Origin: a virus
Taxonomy: Duplodnaviria; Caudoviricetes
DNA: 64,000 nt
Reading direction: 5' to 3' (one strand)
Virus record (IMG/VR): IMGVR_UViG_3300005544_000020
Coordinates: 128,001 to 192,000 of that record
How positions within the stretch are numbered: position 1 is the stretch's first letter; every line of letters begins with the position of its first letter. Positions 28,738 to 37,903 of the stretch are shown here, piece after piece. A program made the position numbers and the translations under genes. The notes below the pieces were generated by a model. The model made no database searches. It had not been told where the DNA came from and saw only the letters and a list, made by a program, of their open reading frames with translations.

Positions 28738-29397
28738 CTATCCGTTGAATCCCAGCCGTTCCGGCATGTTGCCCTGCGAGATCGCATGCAGGCGCTGCTT
28801 GAGGTCCTTGTTGATCGCCGGATGCCGCATGAGTGCCTTGGCCTGGAGCTCGGCACGGCGGTTGAGATCTGCCATCTGCTTGGTCTTGGTGAAGATCTTC
28901 TCCGTCCAGCGATAGACGTCCTCGGGCTCGCCGACGACCAGGTCGAGCGTTTCGGAAACGACCAGGGCTTGAATGTACAGCGCGTCTTCTTTTTCGTTTA
29001 CCGGCACGAAGGCCATTGCGGGGGTGAGGGGCGTAGGATAGTTCCCATAAAATATTTCCAAATGTCGCTTATATTCTGAACATAGCCGGTTTGCGCGATT
29101 CTTCTGGGCCGTGTAGTGCTGGTCGATGCACTTCTTCCGTTCATCGACGTTCTTGATCTGCTTGACCATGTACTGCACGAACTCGGAATGCTGGGCCTCG
29201 AAGCCGAGCTTCTCCATGAGGCTCCGGAGCGTGTGGTAGCCGCCCTCTTTGCCGATCTTGTGCTCGACGGTCACCATCCCGGACCCGTTCTCCGCCTTGA
29301 CCTTGACCGGGGAGATCTTGAAGAGCCGGTCGATCTTCGCCAGAAGATCCTTCTTCTCCAGCTCGTCCAACTTCTTGGTCTTCTGAATCGTCGACAT
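28738..29397 (-). CDS. Hypothetical protein
   Basis: AGGAG RBS; long ORF. Confidence 0.55.
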   Translation of the reverse strand: MSTIQKTKKLDELEKKDLLAKIDRLFKISPVKVKAENGSGMVTVEHKIGKEGGYHTLRSLMEKLGFEAQHSEFVQYMVKQIKNVDERKKCIDQHYTAQKNRANRLCSEYKRHLEIFYGNYPTPLTPAMAFVPVNEKEDALYIQALVVSETLDLVVGEPEDVYRWTEKIFTKTKQMADLNRRAELQAKALMRHPAINKDLKQRLHAISQGNMPERLGFNG

Positions 29398-29412
29398 CGC
29401 CTTTCTCCTTAC

Positions 29413-30222
29413 TTACTTTTCCGCGGGCGAATTGCCCGTTTCATTACCCGAACGCTCGGTGAATTCCGCGTCGATGACCTTGGGTTCGCTCCCATCGGGT
29501 GGAACCGTCTCGATGGGACTAAGTTGATCCGGCACCGTCTGCTGATTCACCTCCTTCACCTTCTTCCGAATGAGGTTCATGTAGCGCTGCACGCGGGAAT
29601 TAATGAAGTCGTACTGCTCGCCTACGAGCTGCCGGAGGATGAAGACCTTCTCGAAGATCGTCTCATGCACACCCGCGGCGGCCTCCTCGTCTCGGACCAT
29701 CTCGAGCGCCATCGTGACCATAGCCCGCCAGCGAGCGCCTTGGTCCGCGATCTGGGTCAGAACTTGATCCAGGTTCTTCTTGTTTTCCTTCCTGGGCTGA
29801 TTGATCGGGATCTCGCCCTTGGCCCGGGAGATCGCCTCGGCATATCCCATGCTCCCATGCTCCCGCTTGAGCTGCTTGATGGTTCGGAGCATCCCGACTG
29901 TGAGGCCGTTCTCGATGAACTCCTTGGCGATATACTTCTGGGTCTTGTCGTCCCAGCCGCTTCCGGCAAACTCGGCCAGCGCCGTGATCGAGATCTTGCC
30001 CTCCACCACCAGATCGAAGACTTCCTGGCAGATCTGCGTACAGATCCGGGAGTAATCTTCCAGCGTGGCAGGGGTGAACTGGGTGAACTCCGGTGCCAGA
30101 GTCGTCGCACGAACCGCGTGCGTCATGTCCTTGGGAAGCTCGAGGAATCTCTTTCGCATCTCCATCAGGACTTCGATGGTGATCCGCTTCTCGAATCCGG
30201 GCTTCTTCTTCTCGCCGTTCAT
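29413..30222 (-). CDS. Helical hypothetical protein, possibly DNA-binding
   Basis: Long ORF; GAGG RBS. Confidence 0.55.
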   Translation of the reverse strand: MNGEKKKPGFEKRITIEVLMEMRKRFLELPKDMTHAVRATTLAPEFTQFTPATLEDYSRICTQICQEVFDLVVEGKISITALAEFAGSGWDDKTQKYIAKEFIENGLTVGMLRTIKQLKREHGSMGYAEAISRAKGEIPINQPRKENKKNLDQVLTQIADQGARWRAMVTMALEMVRDEEAAAGVHETIFEKVFILRQLVGEQYDFINSRVQRYMNLIRKKVKEVNQQTVPDQLSPIETVPPDGSEPKVIDAEFTERSGNETGNSPAEK

Positions 30223-30224
30223 GA

Positions 30225-31520
30225 CTAACCCCTCAGTCCATTATCGAGCATGAAGCGAATCACGGTATCCTTGGTGTAGTGCTCCTGGACGGTCCGATGG
30301 ATCGAGCCCCAGTTTTCCATCGACTCCAGGAACTTCTGGCAGTTCGACAGCACCGGAGGAATGAAGATCACGAGCACCTTGTTCGTGTTCATCCACTCGA
30401 TCCGGCAGTGCTGCAGGATGTCTCCAACGCGCTGGCGGATCTGATGGACCTTCTCCACAACGAAGCACCATTTCTTCTGTGCTTCCTCCTGATTAAGACC
30501 GTCGGAAACCACGACCTGGGGAGGCGGTGTGACCAGGACGTTCGGGGCCGGAAGCGTCTTCGGAACGACGGGTTCGGCTTCGATCTCGACTTTCTCGATC
30601 ATCGTCAGCTTGAGATCGTACTGATGGTTGATGATCAGTTCCTTGTGGGTATCGTCCACGATCTTCTGCTCGATCGCACGTTCGAGCGCAGAGCGGACCT
30701 GATTGTCCGAGAGCCCGGCGAATTCCTTGTACCGGCGCATCTCCACGTAGATCGATCGCTTGGTGGGATATGGACCGGGCCTGAGGCCGGCCAATAGGCG
30801 CGCGGCAAGCGAGGGATTTCCCGGGATCATCCGGAGGCGATCCTCTGCAGTCGTCTGTTCGATGTCTACTTCCAGTCGCTTGCGTTGCTTTTTGAGCGGC
30901 TCCGGCTCCGACCCCTCAGGAGCCTCACCTTCATAGGCTTCGCTGTCCGAAGACGCCAGACGCCAGAGATCGTTCTTCGTGGGAGCAATGATTCCCAGCA
31001 TCTGCAGCTTGGGCAGGAAGAGTTTGCAGTCTTCGGGAGGAGGCCCAGCCATGGCGAGGATCTCGAGCAGCTCCTTCTCCGAGACTTTCTGCCCGATCTC
31101 CAGAATCGTGCGACAAGCTTCCATCATCTTATCGCCGAACTTCTTCCAGATCTCCCCTTCACTGAGACCCAGCGTCGAAGGGGCGGCGGGAGCGGCCGGA
31201 ACAACCGGAGCGTCGGACCCCTCCGGAGCATCCGGAGGGAGAAGACTTCGTTTCTGCAGGGTTTCCTTCATCGCGGCCCATCCCTGGGGGAGCCAGACGA
31301 TGGGCACCTTCGCCTCGCCCTTCACCTGCTCCACCATATTGTGATTCGCCCAGCTCGTGATCACGAAGATATAGTCGGCCTGGGGGAGCGTGTTGTACTT
31401 CGAGCCATGCGTGATGTGCTTCACGATGTCGAAGAAATTCTTCAGGTCGGCCGGCACGTTGTAATCCATGCCTCCGACCAGGATGATCTTGTGCTTTGCG
31501 GCCACGGCTACCTCCGTCAT
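30225..31520 (-). CDS. Multidomain protein: DUF2325-like N-terminus, HTH-like middle, DnaA-N/DnaX-C-like C-terminus
   Basis: IILVGG..ADYIFVITSWANHN..KVPIVW; C-terminal W...L...L...F...I...V...Y pattern. Confidence 0.5.
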   Translation of the reverse strand: MTEVAVAAKHKIILVGGMDYNVPADLKNFFDIVKHITHGSKYNTLPQADYIFVITSWANHNMVEQVKGEAKVPIVWLPQGWAAMKETLQKRSLLPPDAPEGSDAPVVPAAPAAPSTLGLSEGEIWKKFGDKMMEACRTILEIGQKVSEKELLEILAMAGPPPEDCKLFLPKLQMLGIIAPTKNDLWRLASSDSEAYEGEAPEGSEPEPLKKQRKRLEVDIEQTTAEDRLRMIPGNPSLAARLLAGLRPGPYPTKRSIYVEMRRYKEFAGLSDNQVRSALERAIEQKIVDDTHKELIINHQYDLKLTMIEKVEIEAEPVVPKTLPAPNVLVTPPPQVVVSDGLNQEEAQKKWCFVVEKVHQIRQRVGDILQHCRIEWMNTNKVLVIFIPPVLSNCQKFLESMENWGSIHRTVQEHYTKDTVIRFMLDNGLRG

Positions 31521-32050
31521 GCTTCCACCGGTTTCGGTTGCTTGTCCTTGAGGACCTTGATCGCAGTATCCATGCGCTGAATCTCAGCCTGGATCTTCGC
31601 GCTCTCGACCACGAGGCGCTCGCGCTCTCCTTCCAGGAGCGCGATCGCCTTGTTCACCGCTTCTTCGCCCACGGGTTCCTCCGGCAGTTTCTTCGCTGGC
31701 TTGTGAGGATCCTGGCCACCATGGTATTGCTGCTTATGCCAGCCCCAGGGCTTCGGCCCGTCGGTGCCGAAATTGTGCTCGGCGCAATACCATTTCCGCT
31801 TCATGGCGTAGGGAATCCCATTTAGTGGCGGAGATCCATCACACAACGCCAGATGGGCCTGCGTTTCCGCAGCATCCGGCATCAGACACCGACCGCAGCC
31901 TTTGGGGCAGCGGCTCGATCCCTTCAGCTTCGAAGGGATCGGTCGGTGTCTCTCACGATGGACTTCGAGATCCTCCGGACGAAGAAACCTCTCTCCGCAG
32001 TTCGGACAATGGACGGCCGGAATGTCCGCGTAGAATGGATCCATTTCCAT
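31517..32050 (-). CDS. Multi-Zn-finger (C2H2-type) protein with coiled coil
   Basis: CPNCGERF...LEVHRERH; CPKGCG...H..C. Confidence 0.7.
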   Translation of the reverse strand: MEMDPFYADIPAVHCPNCGERFLRPEDLEVHRERHRPIPSKLKGSSRCPKGCGRCLMPDAAETQAHLALCDGSPPLNGIPYAMKRKWYCAEHNFGTDGPKPWGWHKQQYHGGQDPHKPAKKLPEEPVGEEAVNKAIALLEGERERLVVESAKIQAEIQRMDTAIKVLKDKQPKPVEA

Positions 32051-32178
32051 GGCAGTTCAAGCCTCCTAGAGGCTTATTGTGGGAAGCTACTGCGTCAAGA
32101 AGGGTCTCGCTTGAAGAACTCGTCACAGGCATATGGTTACCGGTTTAAGGGTCATTGTCAAGCGAATTCCACTGCGCT

Positions 32179-32631
32179 TTATTTTATTGCTCCTGCCAGA
32201 ATCCTCTTCACCTTAGCCACGTCCGGCTTATGGCTGCCGCGAGGGCCGGCGACGTTCAGCACCTTGATGTTCTGGAGCAGTTCCTTCATAACACGGATGC
32301 CGGCTTCTTCATCTTCAAGCAGGCTCACGACGGCGAATGGTTTCTTGGCTTGGCGACACAGATTCACCGTGAGCAGACAGCCTGGCTCATTGTTGAGGAG
32401 ACCGTTTGTGAAGACCACCGTTGCGTCGGCTAAAGCGATATTGGCTTCTGTCCTTGGCGGGTACATGTTGGAAGGATGCTCGGTCATTTTGTATTTGGCC
32501 GGGATTGGACCAGCTTCCGATTTGCGGCCTCGAGGTACATAGCCTCCGTGCGGAATATTGTTCTCGATCGCAAAGTCAAGTCCGGCCTGGTCGACGCCAG
32601 TCTGGCCGCCGGAGATGATCTTCTCGATCAT
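32179..32631 (-). CDS. SLOG-superfamily protein (putative molybdenum-carrier family)
   Basis: IISGGQTGVDQAGLD, YPPRTEAN, LNVAGPR. Confidence 0.85.
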   Translation of the reverse strand: MIEKIISGGQTGVDQAGLDFAIENNIPHGGYVPRGRKSEAGPIPAKYKMTEHPSNMYPPRTEANIALADATVVFTNGLLNNEPGCLLTVNLCRQAKKPFAVVSLLEDEEAGIRVMKELLQNIKVLNVAGPRGSHKPDVAKVKRILAGAIK

Positions 32632-34082
32632 GAAAGCGCTTTCCGCGCTTCGGCCAGGAGCTCGTTGCGAAGAATGATCGTGTCCCCGCTCCAGACCGAT
32701 GCTTGGGTAGCATTCTCCGCGGCAATCCAGCGCATATCCAAATCGGTGAGGCTTGGAGTCAGTTCCGCGGCCCGCTGATAGCCTCCCCGGATGAACGTTT
32801 CGCTTTCCTGCGCGATGACTCCAGGCGGTTCATCACCAGGAGCACCGATGCGGCGCCAGACGACCGGACGGCCCGGAATGCTGATCTTCCCGTTCTTGGC
32901 CTCGTTTCCGAACTTCATGACCGCCTTCGGGCCCGTCTGGGAGAGCTTGTAGACTGCCGCGACCCGGTCTCGATGCAGATTGCCGAAGCCGGGCTTGGCT
33001 ACCAGGGCGCCGCCATATCCGTAGACCTGCTGGCTCGCTAGAATCCCAAGCTGTTTACGAAGAGTCTCGAACCGGATCGTCTGCTCGAGATCGAGCGCAT
33101 CTTCCAGGATATGGACGGGCTCAAGTCCTGCTTCCTTGGCCTTCGAGACTGCATAGAGATACTGGGCTTCCTTGTTTCCAGAGTCATAACGAATCGAATC
33201 GCCACGGCGCGGACTCTCCGCCATCACCTTGAATGCAGCCGGCAGTCCGGACAGGAATGTGTCGTAGGTATCGAGAAGATAGCTAGAACGATAGGGGCGG
33301 CGATCACGCATCGCTCTGAAGGCCGCTTCATCGCTCCCGTAGCGCATGACGTGCTCATGGCCCATCGTCCCGACGGGCTTCATCCTCAGTTCCCGAGCGC
33401 CGTCCACATGGGACGTCCGCTTGATCCCTGCTTCCTTGCAGGATTCAAGCGCCATCCTATGCATGACCCGGCAGCTCGCCGACCGAAGGCCGACCTCGAA
33501 GATACGCTCTGGATCCTCGACGGCCTGAACGAGCGCCTTGGCCGTCTGGAATACCGATCTCCGGTACTCGTCAGGTCTTGCGTCCATGGGAGGAGCCTTG
33601 ATCTTCAAGGTATCGAGCAGTTCTCGTAGCATGAGAAGTTCTTCGGCACAGTTCCGGATTGCCATCTGCTTTCGGAACTCGTCCAGATTGGAGACCGCAA
33701 GGGTCGCTGCCTGGATCAGCCAGTTTAGCTGAAGCAGCTTAGGTTCAAGCCAGGACACCAGAGTTGAAGGCCCGGTGATGGAGAAGACCGGTTCTCCCGG
33801 ATAGAAAATGGAGAACTGCGGAAGAGCATTGATCTTGAGATCGCGATGGTTCCCCAAGGCCGTCTGGGCTCCGATCCCCAGGTTGTATTCGTTCGTCTCG
33901 AGGTAGGCCAGGTCCGAAGGGTTGACGAACGGAAGATTCTTCTTGATGAAAGCTTCCACGTCGATCGGCAGGACCGCCGGGCCTCCTTTTCGATGGGAGT
34001 AATAGAACGTCTCCTCGCGCAGCGGCCAGCCGGCCTCTGCCATCGAGAACTTATACCCGTCGGTCTCGAGCACGCTGCTCAT
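32628..34082 (-). CDS. pncB: Nicotinate phosphoribosyltransferase
   Basis: TDGYKFSM, GLRS, GTMGHE, LLDTYD, IRYDSG, YGYGG, VYKL. Confidence 0.82.
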   Translation of the reverse strand: MSSVLETDGYKFSMAEAGWPLREETFYYSHRKGGPAVLPIDVEAFIKKNLPFVNPSDLAYLETNEYNLGIGAQTALGNHRDLKINALPQFSIFYPGEPVFSITGPSTLVSWLEPKLLQLNWLIQAATLAVSNLDEFRKQMAIRNCAEELLMLRELLDTLKIKAPPMDARPDEYRRSVFQTAKALVQAVEDPERIFEVGLRSASCRVMHRMALESCKEAGIKRTSHVDGARELRMKPVGTMGHEHVMRYGSDEAAFRAMRDRRPYRSSYLLDTYDTFLSGLPAAFKVMAESPRRGDSIRYDSGNKEAQYLYAVSKAKEAGLEPVHILEDALDLEQTIRFETLRKQLGILASQQVYGYGGALVAKPGFGNLHRDRVAAVYKLSQTGPKAVMKFGNEAKNGKISIPGRPVVWRRIGAPGDEPPGVIAQESETFIRGGYQRAAELTPSLTDLDMRWIAAENATQASVWSGDTIILRNELLAEARKALS

Positions 34083-34267
34083 TTAAGCCTTCTTCTTGCA
34101 AATGCAGTGAGGACTACATCTCAGAACCGTCTCGATCGACGCACTCGGCTGCTGACAGGATGGAACCGCGCGCCTGGCTCTGCAGCCTTTTACGTGGCAT
34201 TTTTCGTAAGACCGAGACCTGGGAGAATCGGCTACTTCCAGCCAGCGATGCCGATGGACTTTTTTGA

Positions 34268-34399
34268 TCATGATCTCCGCTTGCCTCCAAAGATCAGGAT
34301 CAGAAGTGAAAGCCCTAGATGAAGGGCTCCGAAAATGGCAAGAGCTCCCACAATAACTAGGCCCCAGAAAGCAGGTTCATCAACGTTCGGGATCGTCAT
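34268..34399 (-). CDS. 43-aa membrane peptide absent from the ORF track
   Basis: MTIPNVDEPAFWGLVIVGALAIFGALHLGLSLLILIFGGKRRS; ATGA overlap with the next gene. Confidence 0.55.
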   Translation of the reverse strand: MTIPNVDEPAFWGLVIVGALAIFGALHLGLSLLILIFGGKRRS

Positions 34400-34401
34400 C
34401 T

Positions 34402-34632
34402 TCAGACTTCCTTCATGACGTAGATCCGAAGCGAGGGCTTATCCTCTCCCTTGGCCTTGTGGAAGAGCTTTCCAAACCAGCCGGTCTCGGAAACGACGAT
34501 CGCATAGGTCGCCGCGATCTCCGCGGCTGGCTTCTTGAGCAGGCCTTCCTTCTCCAGGGTAAGAAGAAGCTGGTCCTTGACGGCATTGCTGTTGGCCGTC
34601 AGATCGGCGGCATCCATCGGATAGGTCTTCAT
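34402..34632 (-). CDS. Small hypothetical protein
   Basis: Packed ORF. Confidence 0.5.
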   Translation of the reverse strand: MKTYPMDAADLTANSNAVKDQLLLTLEKEGLLKKPAAEIAATYAIVVSETGWFGKLFHKAKGEDKPSLRIYVMKEV

Positions 34633-35477
34633 GAAATTGGCGCAAGCGCCCTCTCCAGTATGCCGGCATCCTTCTCCACGCAGATGGCATTGCGGCCGTT
34701 CCTGATCGCAGCCTTGCCTGTCGAGCAGGATCCCGCGAAGATATCTAATATGAGCTCGCCGGCATTGGTAGCAAAGCGGATCAGCTTTTCCAGTAAGCCT
34801 AGCGGCTTTTCATTCGGATGGACCCGGTGACAGTGATGGGCCTGGCGCTCCACAATAAGATCGGGTATCGACAGATCGCAGGGTTTCCTTCTTGCTCCTT
34901 TTGACATGAAGAGGATTGCTTCATAACGAGCCCGACCGTTGTACCCCATGCCCAGCATCACCCGGTCCCAGATGAAGCGTTTGTTGAATCTGAAACCGCA
35001 ATCCTCAAGCGTCTTGATGAATTTTTCGATATGACCGCGCGTAATCGCCGTCTCTGCGGGGACGAAGAAGAACGCATGAGCCCCATCCTTCAAGATCCGG
35101 TAAAGCTCCAGGCCTAGTTCGCGGTCGATCTCCTTCTTTTCATAGGCCCAGCGCATCCGTGGCCGAGTCGTCGTGTGAAGTTCGACGTGCTCCCTCAACC
35201 ATGGGTAAGGTGGATCCGTGACGAGGGCGTCAATGGACCGGGTCTCAAGGTCCTTCACTGCTTCCAGGGCGTCTTTGGCCACAACCACACAGGTTGCATC
35301 CCCCTGCTTGGCCACATAGATGCCATGGCCAATCCGCGTGAACTCCTTTCCGAGATTCTCGTAGATCCTAGCTCGGATAGAGTGCTGCTTGGCCTGGGGC
35401 ATATGGGCGTAGAGGTCCTGCAGATGGACTTCTTCTCGCCCCTTGAAGAACTCGCGGATCGCCTCGATCAGCGTCAT
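34629..35477 (-). CDS. N4-C/N6-A DNA methyltransferase (beta class) with N-terminal HTH
   Basis: LVTDPPY, HPNEKP, ILDIFAGSCST; HTH-like first 60 aa. Confidence 0.9.
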   Translation of the reverse strand: MTLIEAIREFFKGREEVHLQDLYAHMPQAKQHSIRARIYENLGKEFTRIGHGIYVAKQGDATCVVVAKDALEAVKDLETRSIDALVTDPPYPWLREHVELHTTTRPRMRWAYEKKEIDRELGLELYRILKDGAHAFFFVPAETAITRGHIEKFIKTLEDCGFRFNKRFIWDRVMLGMGYNGRARYEAILFMSKGARRKPCDLSIPDLIVERQAHHCHRVHPNEKPLGLLEKLIRFATNAGELILDIFAGSCSTGKAAIRNGRNAICVEKDAGILERALAPIS

Positions 35478-35743
35478 TTCTTTTCGGGTGTGGGAACTCC
35501 CGGCACCGGAAGCCATTCGAACTTGGTATGCCCGAACTCATCGACCACCTTGTAAGTGGCATGACCCGTCTTCACGGCCTCGGCCTGGATCTTTGCGTAG
35601 CCTCGGGAATGGGCGATCACGACCGCCGGGATCGAAATAAGTGCTCCGATGAGGAAAGCTACCAGCAGATACCCCATCCTCTTTTCCTGAGGAGGGATAG
35701 GCGTCGGCATGTCGGGTTCCTCAGGCGGATCGAAGTCGCTCAC
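35474..35743 (-). CDS. Small single-TM protein
   Basis: YLLVAFLIGALISIPAVVIA. Confidence 0.55.
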   Translation of the reverse strand: MSDFDPPEEPDMPTPIPPQEKRMGYLLVAFLIGALISIPAVVIAHSRGYAKIQAEAVKTGHATYKVVDEFGHTKFEWLPVPGVPTPEKK

Positions 35744-36042
35744 TGTCTTCCTCCTTGAGCAGGTTTCGGTGTCTCATGGACCTGGGTATGCGCCTTGATG
35801 CTGGCCACGCCGAAGACGCAGCCTACGGCAACGTCCAGCAGTTCTTCAATGATTCTCTGGGGTTCCTTGATCTGGACCGCCTCTTCGACTTCGTTCATTT
35901 CGAGACGCAGGTCGCCCAGGATCTCCTTGGGATTGATAAAGGAATCCCGTCCCTTTTCAAGCAGCCGCCGGCGGAGATTGATCCCGAGCATGGTAAGCGC
36001 GTTCGAGATCTGCTCTTCCGTGACTTCGACGCTCTGCTTCAC
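35740..36042 (-). CDS. MazG-like nucleotide pyrophosphohydrolase
   Basis: EMNEVEEAV...IEELLDVAV; GTG start inferred. Confidence 0.65.
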   Translation of the reverse strand: MKQSVEVTEEQISNALTMLGINLRRRLLEKGRDSFINPKEILGDLRLEMNEVEEAVQIKEPQRIIEELLDVAVGCVFGVASIKAHTQVHETPKPAQGGRQ

Positions 36043-36328
36043 TTGGCCCTCTTGATCAGGGCATCGATGAGCATTTTCAGCTCTCCGACCTTGACGCTGG
36101 CCTCGATCAGATCCGCAAGAAGCTTCCCATCCGGCTTCGCCTTTTGAAGAGGCGGAAGCAGGATAATCTCCGCGGAGCCCTTGCACTTCTGCAAGTGCTT
36201 CGTGAACTCAATCGAGTTCTTGAACTTTGTCCGCGTGCACTTGCGACAGATGTAGCTGTTGGGCATGGGCTTCGAGGCGTGTTTGTTCATGGAGTTAGTT
36301 ATACCCCGTTTACACCTGAAATTACCAG

Positions 36329-36778
36329 CTATTTCTTCTTCTTTTTGCTCTTGTTTTTGGGCTCCGGCGCCGGAAGCGCATGCTGCGGCGTCGTGCGGCC
36401 GGTGGTGGCGAGGCCTCGGACCTGCTTATACTGCGATTCGAAATCGAGGCCCAGGACCGGCACGAAGCCACCGCTTTCCCGCTTTTTCCGGAGCTCCTCA
36501 GCCGCTCCCATCATATCGCCGCTCTTGGCCGATGCCTGCATCTCGAGGTTCTTGATGTGGTTGTCCTTCATCTCGAGCAGTCCGGCTGCAGCCTTAAGAG
36601 GATCGTCCAGGCCGCCCTTCCCCAGAGCGAGAGCGGTCTTCAGCTTCCCGCGGCAGGAATCGCAGGAGAACATCGTCTTCCCGTCTTCCTGGTAGGTCTT
36701 GCCCTTGATCTCGTGGGCCTTTTCCTTCACCTGCACGTCCTCGCAGATGTCGCACTTCATCGCGTACATGACGCCCAT
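36329..36778 (-). CDS. Zn-finger hypothetical protein
   Basis: CDIC...CDSC. Confidence 0.55.
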   Translation of the reverse strand: MGVMYAMKCDICEDVQVKEKAHEIKGKTYQEDGKTMFSCDSCRGKLKTALALGKGGLDDPLKAAAGLLEMKDNHIKNLEMQASAKSGDMMGAAEELRKKRESGGFVPVLGLDFESQYKQVRGLATTGRTTPQHALPAPEPKNKSKKKKK

Positions 36779-36780
36779 GC

Positions 36781-37353
36781 CTATCTCCTGCCTCTGATGT
36801 AGATCTTGTGGATGATCGGGTACGGATTAGGCGGCGGAGGAACGACGCGACCTACCTTAGAATCCTTCCCGCGCTGTTCGAACCACTGCTGAAGCTGGGT
36901 CATTCGATCAGGACATCGGCCATCTGGACCCTGAGGTCCATCAGCCCCCTTAATGCCTTCGAACCCCGGCTCACCGTTCTGCCCCTGGATCTCATGGATG
37001 CTCATCGGAAGGATCGGGGGAACAGGCGGCGGAGACGGAGGCGGCTTCTGGGGGAAGACTCCACCGCATTTCTCGTAGATCTCCTCGAATGTCAGGCCCT
37101 TGTCGTGGAGATCGCGCTGGAATTCCGCGTACGAGTAGTTAGGATTCGGCTTCCTGGGAGCGTCCGGGTCATCCAGAGCTCCTTCCAGAAATTCGACATC
37201 CGGATCCTTAGGCTTCGCCGCCTCTTTCTTGGCAAAGAATAACTTCAGGATCTTTGCCGTGGAAAAGATGACGCCCAGGAAGACCATCACGAAGACGGCC
37301 GAAGATCCATAGGCCGTCCATGCATCCTTGACGACTTGCCAGTTCCAGGCCAT
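36781..37353 (-). CDS. Membrane-anchored Pro-rich protein
   Basis: N-terminal TM helix; Pro-rich region; short GxxGxxG stretch. Confidence 0.55.
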   Translation of the reverse strand: MAWNWQVVKDAWTAYGSSAVFVMVFLGVIFSTAKILKLFFAKKEAAKPKDPDVEFLEGALDDPDAPRKPNPNYSYAEFQRDLHDKGLTFEEIYEKCGGVFPQKPPPSPPPVPPILPMSIHEIQGQNGEPGFEGIKGADGPQGPDGRCPDRMTQLQQWFEQRGKDSKVGRVVPPPPNPYPIIHKIYIRGRR

Positions 37354-37360
37354 AGAGCAC

Positions 37361-37903
37361 CTACTTTTTCGTGTTAAAAACGTCGACGTCGTCTTCCTTC
37401 CGGGTCTCGAAGGTCTTCTCGGTCTTGGTGCTCGTCACGATCTTGATCTCGACGGGAGGACGTGAACCGACGAAGAAACTCCCGGGCATCGTCGTCAGGA
37501 CGTTGTCGTGCTCCCGCTTCAGATCGATCAGCTTCTGCTGATCACGCATGAAGGCCGTCCGCTGTCCTTCGATGGAGTTGGACACCTTCTCGAAGAGCCG
37601 GATATCGAAGTTCGGGTTGGCCTCCGTGATGAACTTCATGAGCTGGCCACCTTTCCCGTACTCGCGACCCTGCATCAGGGATACGTAGATCTCCTTGAAG
37701 CTGTCCTTGTACTTGTCGGCGACCTGGGCCTGTCCCTGGATGATCTTCCAGCAAGTATCGAAGCTCGTGGTGTTGGCCTCCTGCTGGGCCTTCACCGCAT
37801 TCCGAAGACGCACCTCGGAATTCGAATAGCTCATGTACATCACGAAGACCATGACCACGATTCCGAGCAAACCACCGATTGCCGCGAGTGCCTTCATCGC
37901 CAT
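37361..37903 (-). CDS. LemA-like N-anchored membrane protein
   Basis: N-terminal TM, YSNSEVRLRN, helical body; paired with the upstream membrane gene. Confidence 0.55.
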   Translation of the reverse strand: MAMKALAAIGGLLGIVVMVFVMYMSYSNSEVRLRNAVKAQQEANTTSFDTCWKIIQGQAQVADKYKDSFKEIYVSLMQGREYGKGGQLMKFITEANPNFDIRLFEKVSNSIEGQRTAFMRDQQKLIDLKREHDNVLTTMPGSFFVGSRPPVEIKIVTSTKTEKTFETRKEDDVDVFNTKK

